Part shown: in pieces, positions 7,562 through 11,917 of the stretch
How positions within the stretch are numbered: the first letter of the stretch is position 1
Layout of the letters: every line of letters starts with the position of its first letter
Assembly: GCA_048938005.1 (NCBI GenBank)
Contig: JBHLMQ010000075.1
Location: forward strand, 1-11,917
Reading direction: 5' to 3'
Length of the DNA: 11,917 nucleotides
From: Promethearchaeota archaeon
Lineage (GTDB): Archaea; Asgardarchaeota; Lokiarchaeia; Sigyniarchaeales; SOKP01
Position numbers and translations under genes: made by a program
Notes under the pieces: generated by a model
What the model saw: only the letters and a program-made list of their open reading frames with translations
The model's database searches: none
What the model was told of the DNA's origin: nothing

Positions 7562-9223
7562 TTATTGAAGCACCTCCTTTATTTTTTTTGATAATTCAAT
7601 TGGATCAAATGGACGACCATCATACTGTTTAATTGTATTTCTTACCTTTAATCCAGCTTTTTCTTTTAGGAGCTTAGTGAATTGTCCCGTAGCACTCTGT
7701 TCGATAACTATATTATCTTGATTTTCATACTCTTCTAATTCCCAGATAGGTAATGGGCTCAAATATATTGGTGCGACAATTGTAGGATTCATTCCTCCGT
7801 ACTTGAGAGCTTCTAAAACACTCATATAAGTTGATCCATATGTGAAGATGTTAACAGGATCTTCACCACGAATTATTTTAACTGTATCTTGCCCCTTCAA
7901 ATATTCTATAAGTGTTTTTAACTTTTTATTTCTTTTATCATGCATAAATGAAATTCTCTTAGCATTTTCTGTTGTTATACCAAATTCATCATGTTCATAA
8001 CTATTCCATTTAATTATCTGGTTTGATGGTGGAAATAATATAGGAGAAACTCCATCATCAGTATCAAGATATCGTTTATATTGACCATCTTTATGCATTT
8101 TTGGTTCTGCCCACTTGGATTTTTCTAAATCAATTTCGACTGTCATGCTACTCTCTGAAAGGTGTTTTTCAGTTAGTAATATTCCTGGTGTTTGAAATTT
8201 CCATACCAAATCCAACATCTCAGCAGTAAGATAATAAACTTCTCTAATTGTTCTTGGAGAAGCAACAATTCTTAAGAAATCTCCATGACCTGCACTCAAA
8301 GCAAAAGCTAGGTCTGCTTGTTCTGTATAAGTGGGAACTCCTGTAGCTGGTCCTGGTCTCTGAGATAGTATGACTAATACAGGTGCTTCTGTAATTCCTG
8401 CCAAAGAGAAACCTTCGGTCATGAGAGAAAAACCACCACCGCTCGTACCAACCATAGCTCTTGCTCCAGTGAAAGCCGAACCGATTGCCATATTAATGAC
8501 TGCTATCTCACTTTCAGCATGAACAACAGCTAGACCAAAATTCTCAGCTTCACTAGCGAGTGTGTGTAAGATTGTTGATGCAGGAGTCATAGGATAGCCA
8601 TAATACACATCCAATCCACCTGCTATAGCTCCCAAACTTATTGCCTCATTTCCTGTAATAATAGGCCTCTTTTTATCTCCTTTTTCTAGGGTAAATTTAT
8701 TTCCACAATCAGGATATACCATATCATAAATTGTATCAGCAAAAGTTATGTTATCTTCAATTCCTCTCGGATATTCATCTCTAATAATTTGATTCATTTC
8801 TTCCTTCTCAAATCCTATTGCTGCAGCTAAGATCGCTACAGCACCGACGCCAAACATTAACGTTTTCATTGGATATTTATCTGCTTCTGAAGACAAAGGT
8901 ATTCCAATCCCATTATCAAGTTCCTGTTCATCTGAATTAAAAACTATAATTCCATTTTCTGCAATATCATTAATATGGGTTTCACAGCTTCTTTTATCAA
9001 AATTTACTATCAGATTTGCTTTCATATAATGACTACTAATCCATCTAGGTGTTGTGCTTATAACAGAGAAATTATGACCTCCTCTAATCAAACTCATATA
9101 ATCATCCATTTGAAATATATGACGACCTATACTTGAAAAAATGTGTGCGGCAACAGAACCAGCTTTTTTTACACCATCACCAGCTTTACCACCAACTAGA
9201 AAAGTAAAAACATCAGAAACCAT
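7562..9223 (-). CDS. korA: 2-oxoacid:ferredoxin oxidoreductase subunit alpha (fused gamma-alpha type)
   Basis: GGKAGDG, SLIRGGHN, GNEAI, YPMTPAS, ESEIA, TSGGGFSLM, QRPGPATGVPT, HGDF and YDGRPF. GAGGT RBS at 9234-9238. The stop lies 1 nt before the korB start. Confidence 0.95.
   Translation of the reverse strand: MVSDVFTFLVGGKAGDGVKKAGSVAAHIFSSIGRHIFQMDDYMSLIRGGHNFSVISTTPRWISSHYMKANLIVNFDKRSCETHINDIAENGIIVFNSDEQELDNGIGIPLSSEADKYPMKTLMFGVGAVAILAAAIGFEKEEMNQIIRDEYPRGIEDNITFADTIYDMVYPDCGNKFTLEKGDKKRPIITGNEAISLGAIAGGLDVYYGYPMTPASTILHTLASEAENFGLAVVHAESEIAVINMAIGSAFTGARAMVGTSGGGFSLMTEGFSLAGITEAPVLVILSQRPGPATGVPTYTEQADLAFALSAGHGDFLRIVASPRTIREVYYLTAEMLDLVWKFQTPGILLTEKHLSESSMTVEIDLEKSKWAEPKMHKDGQYKRYLDTDDGVSPILFPPSNQIIKWNSYEHDEFGITTENAKRISFMHDKRNKKLKTLIEYLKGQDTVKIIRGEDPVNIFTYGSTYMSVLEALKYGGMNPTIVAPIYLSPLPIWELEEYENQDNIVIEQSATGQFTKLLKEKAGLKVRNTIKQYDGRPFDPIELSKKIKEVLQ
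7571..7579 (-). promoter_or_regulatory. Strong Shine-Dalgarno for korB embedded in the last codons of korA
   Basis: The minus strand reads AAGGAGGTG (codons K-E-V) 10 nt upstream of ATG7560. Confidence 0.75.
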
Positions 9224-9408
9224 TTATTTATTAACCTCAATAAATTTCTTGTAAAAAATCTCAATTATTCAATTAATACTTGGATTTGTCTTAAATTATT
9301 TAAATATATGGTTTATAAATTCTAATACATAGGATATAAGAACTATATCTATTTTTTCATCGTTTAATATTCTAAAATTCAAATTAAAGATTTGATATAA
9401 TTTTATTA

Positions 9409-9627
9409 TTATCTCCATTTACCAATTCCAAGTATTTTTCGACAATGTGGACAAAAAAAGACTGATGTGACAACAAATTCTACCCTTAAAGTAAATTTTA
9501 TCCTACTGGTTTTCTGATTTAAGCCTCTTCCTCCTTCTATTAAATCTTCAATATTAATTTCTTTTTCGCAATAAGGACAAATTGGTGCTATATCACTTAC
9601 AAATTCATATTTTTTTAAAAATGACAT
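9409..9627 (-). CDS. Small C4 metal-binding (zinc-ribbon-like) protein
   Basis: 72 aa with CPYC (17-20) and CPHCRKILG (59-67) knuckles. Confidence 0.75.
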   Translation of the reverse strand: MSFLKKYEFVSDIAPICPYCEKEINIEDLIEGGRGLNQKTSRIKFTLRVEFVVTSVFFCPHCRKILGIGKWR

Positions 9628-9689
9628 AATATAAAATTTGATAGTAATACATAAAAAAATTATATATTAAGAATTTAGAACCAACCTTT

Positions 9690-10832
9690 CTAAAATAAAG
9701 AAAATCCACAGGAAGGACAATTCTTCTTATCACCAATCATAATCTTACTACAATTAGGACAAATTGTCACTGATACTTTTCTCGATTTCTTTTTGACCTT
9801 AGCTTTTAACTTTTTTGTTTCTATCATAGCTCCAAATTCAACTGTCATAGGATCTTCAGCTTGAACAATCTGAGGTTTGGCTTTAGTTTCCAATTCTTGC
9901 AAATATTCAACTATATTCTTTTTCTTCATTTTAGTTAATTCAGCTATAGTTGGGATCTTACCTGCATGAACATCATGTACAAAATCCTTATCAAGTTTTA
10001 AAATATTAAAACAGTTATGGCACCTAAAAACATGAGGTATTCCTATATTGGAAGTTTCTGTCCATTGTGCCCAACAAACATTATGTGCCATTATATCACA
10101 AGAAGGGCATTTTACAATACCATGATCATCCCTCTGAAAACAAATAGAACAAGTGGCTATACCGCTAACTTTTTTTGGAACATCTGCTAAATTAATATAA
10201 AACGGTTGGTTATCCGGGAGAATCATCCTTAAACTTTGTTTCACAAATGAGGGTTCTGTAACATACTTCTTTTCTGAAAGACTCATTAAAATTGGATATA
10301 AGTCCTTTATACTTTTGACACCGTATAACTCTCCATTACATAGATTTGTTAATTTCAATAGTTTTTGAGCCTGATCAGAATATGGAGATCCGATCAATAT
10401 TGTATCAATAAAAAAAGGCATGTCTTTAACCTTCTTGATAAGTTCCACTAAAGCCGGAAGATATTCATCAGGGATTTCATAAGCTCCATCATCAACTAAT
10501 ATGAAAAGCCTAAAAATTTTTTCAGATATTTTTTTGTATACCTCAATAATAAAAGTGATTGCTAAAAAAATTCCACCTGCAATATTCGCTCTTGTAATAT
10601 CTTTACCTAATGACTTTAAGGTCTTTAAAATATGTTCATAGTCAAATGTAAAGTGATCTAAATAATTTGGTCCATCTTTTTGAAATACAATCAAATTAAA
10701 TCTATCAGAAGGATCAATAAATTGTTTGTTCTTCATAAAATCTTCAATTGAACTGTATACATGACGCATTTTAGTAATTTTTGGTGTAAAAGCATAAAAA
10801 ATAAGACAATCTTCACTTTTCGTAGATTGCAT
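9690..10832 (-). CDS. vWA-like domain + C4HC3 (RING-variant/PHD-like) finger + C-terminal zinc ribbon protein
   Basis: Residues ~1-190 show a vWA beta/alpha pattern (DPSDRFNLIVF, NIAGGIFLA, RLFILVD, FFIDTILIG, NGELY). Finger C228-x2-C231-x10-C242-x2-C245-x4-H250-x2-C253-x17-C271-x2-C274. Lys-rich linker, then CPNC...CPSCG. Confidence 0.75.
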   Translation of the reverse strand: MQSTKSEDCLIFYAFTPKITKMRHVYSSIEDFMKNKQFIDPSDRFNLIVFQKDGPNYLDHFTFDYEHILKTLKSLGKDITRANIAGGIFLAITFIIEVYKKISEKIFRLFILVDDGAYEIPDEYLPALVELIKKVKDMPFFIDTILIGSPYSDQAQKLLKLTNLCNGELYGVKSIKDLYPILMSLSEKKYVTEPSFVKQSLRMILPDNQPFYINLADVPKKVSGIATCSICFQRDDHGIVKCPSCDIMAHNVCWAQWTETSNIGIPHVFRCHNCFNILKLDKDFVHDVHAGKIPTIAELTKMKKKNIVEYLQELETKAKPQIVQAEDPMTVEFGAMIETKKLKAKVKKKSRKVSVTICPNCSKIMIGDKKNCPSCGFSLF

Positions 10833-11049
10833 GATGTTTGATCAAAATATATGTGCTAATAAAATTAATCATTTTTTTAAAATAAATTTCGGGTAAGGAT
10901 CAATAAGTGTAATGGGGAAATTTAGAATAATACATAATGATTAGAAGGAATGATAACTCTCATCTCTTCAAACTTTTCTTCTTTATAATATATCAATCAT
11001 AATCTAAATTGAATCTATTGACATTTGTGGCAAAAATTAGCTATTAAAA

Positions 11050-11069
11050 AAGATAGAAATGTTTAAATA
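11050..11069 (+). promoter_or_regulatory. Putative BRE/TATA promoter of the solute-binding protein gene
   Basis: Purine-rich aagatagaaa followed by TTTAAATA (11062-11069), 20 nt before ATG11090 and 32 nt before ATG11102. Confidence 0.5.
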
Positions 11070-11101
11070 ACAATGATCTCTTAGAATAAATGGTGAAATT
11101 A

Positions 11102-11917
11102 ATGTTAAAAACACATTATTCACATAAATTAAAATTTACATTCATTACTCTTGCACTGTTGTTTCTTCTAATACCTCAATTACCCTCTAATATTTCTAAT
11201 ACTTATGAATTCAATGATAATAAACCACATATCAATAAAATTACAAATAGTTCTCTACTACGAGTTGGAATTGGTACTAAACCAGTATTTCATGATCCAG
11301 TTGACGTTTGGGATCCTGGTTCTCTAAATGTTCTTGACCAAGTTGCTGAAGGTTTGTTTTCATACAATCTTTCAGATCCAAGCTTACAAATGGTCCCGAC
11401 GTTGGCTGAAGATTTCGGTACTTGGTCTGATAATAAAAATTATGTTGTAGATATTAAACAAGGTATAACATTCCATGATGGAACTTCTTTAAACGCAACC
11501 GCAGTTAAATTTACCTTTGATAGATTATTATATTGGACAAATGCAACTGGTATAATAATGGACGAAAACGATCTGGCAATTACTACTGAATTATTTAAAT
11601 GGCCTAATGGTACACAAATAATTAATCGTATAGAAATTCTTGGTCCTTATACGGTAAGATTCGTGTTAAATCATGCTTACCAACTTTTTGTACATTTATT
11701 AACTTTTAGTGCTTGTTATATAATTTCTATGTCACATGGCATTGAAAAAATTGGACCAGGAGAAACTCATGAATTTCCAATAGGTACTGGCCCTTTTATT
11801 TATGAGAATTGGGTAGGTGATGAGCTTGTTTTCAGTCGGAACGATGATTATTGGCAAGGTCCCTCTGAAATAAAATCATTAATATTCTCGTATGTAGAAG
11901 ATGCAAATGCTAGAAAT
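11102..11917 (+). CDS. ABC transporter substrate-binding protein, family 5 (DppA/OppA-like); 3'-truncated by window edge
   Basis: Not in the ORF track because there is no stop in the window. Manual translation gives MLKTHYSHKLKFTFITLALLFLLIP (signal/anchor)...DPVDVWD..LDQVAEGLFSYNLSDP..PTLAE..GITFHDGT..AVKFTFDR..PIGTGPF..RNDDYWQG. GGTGA RBS at 11092-11096; alternative in-frame ATG at 11090. Confidence 0.9.
   Translation, partial: MLKTHYSHKLKFTFITLALLFLLIPQLPSNISNTYEFNDNKPHINKITNSSLLRVGIGTKPVFHDPVDVWDPGSLNVLDQVAEGLFSYNLSDPSLQMVPTLAEDFGTWSDNKNYVVDIKQGITFHDGTSLNATAVKFTFDRLLYWTNATGIIMDENDLAITTELFKWPNGTQIINRIEILGPYTVRFVLNHAYQLFVHLLTFSACYIISMSHGIEKIGPGETHEFPIGTGPFIYENWVGDELVFSRNDDYWQGPSEIKSLIFSYVEDANARN

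Noticed and set aside
9409-9627. Glutaredoxin call from the CPYC motif
   Set aside because: There is no thioredoxin-fold context (no cis-Pro TVP or GG-x-D motif); the paired CxxC knuckles fit a metal ribbon better.
1-11917. CRISPR array, tRNA/rRNA, IS element or integrase
   Set aside because: No regularly spaced repeats, GC-rich structured RNA segments, terminal inverted repeats or recombinase/transposase ORFs were seen by eye; covariance-model searches were not run.

Overview
AT-rich archaeal-looking window (roughly 30% GC by eye, not computed). Gene content and style suggest an Asgard archaeon (Lokiarchaeia/Promethearchaeota); this is inference from the vWA-zinc-finger protein, the small CxxC protein, the sequon-rich family-5 solute-binding protein, BRE/TATA promoters and GGTGA/GGAGG ribosome-binding sites. 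On the + strand are the 3' end of a probable FAD-linked oxidase and a divergent UDP-glucose/GDP-mannose dehydrogenase. A long minus-strand block follows; read in transcription order it contains a vWA + C4HC3 finger + Zn-ribbon protein, a 72-aa CxxC protein, 2-oxoacid:ferredoxin oxidoreductase alpha and beta, a Fes-like esterase, a DUF6326-like membrane protein, a Zn-independent MDR oxidoreductase, a DUF4386-like membrane protein and a QueG/RdhA-like Fe-S protein. The window ends in a divergent, truncated ABC peptide-binding protein missed by the ORF track. The most notable unannotated signals are a 71-bp relic of a different korB allele just downstream of the esterase, so that the esterase is bracketed by korB-homologous direct repeats, and an orphan membrane-anchor fragment at 2597-2710. 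No rRNA, tRNA, CRISPR array or transposase was recognised.
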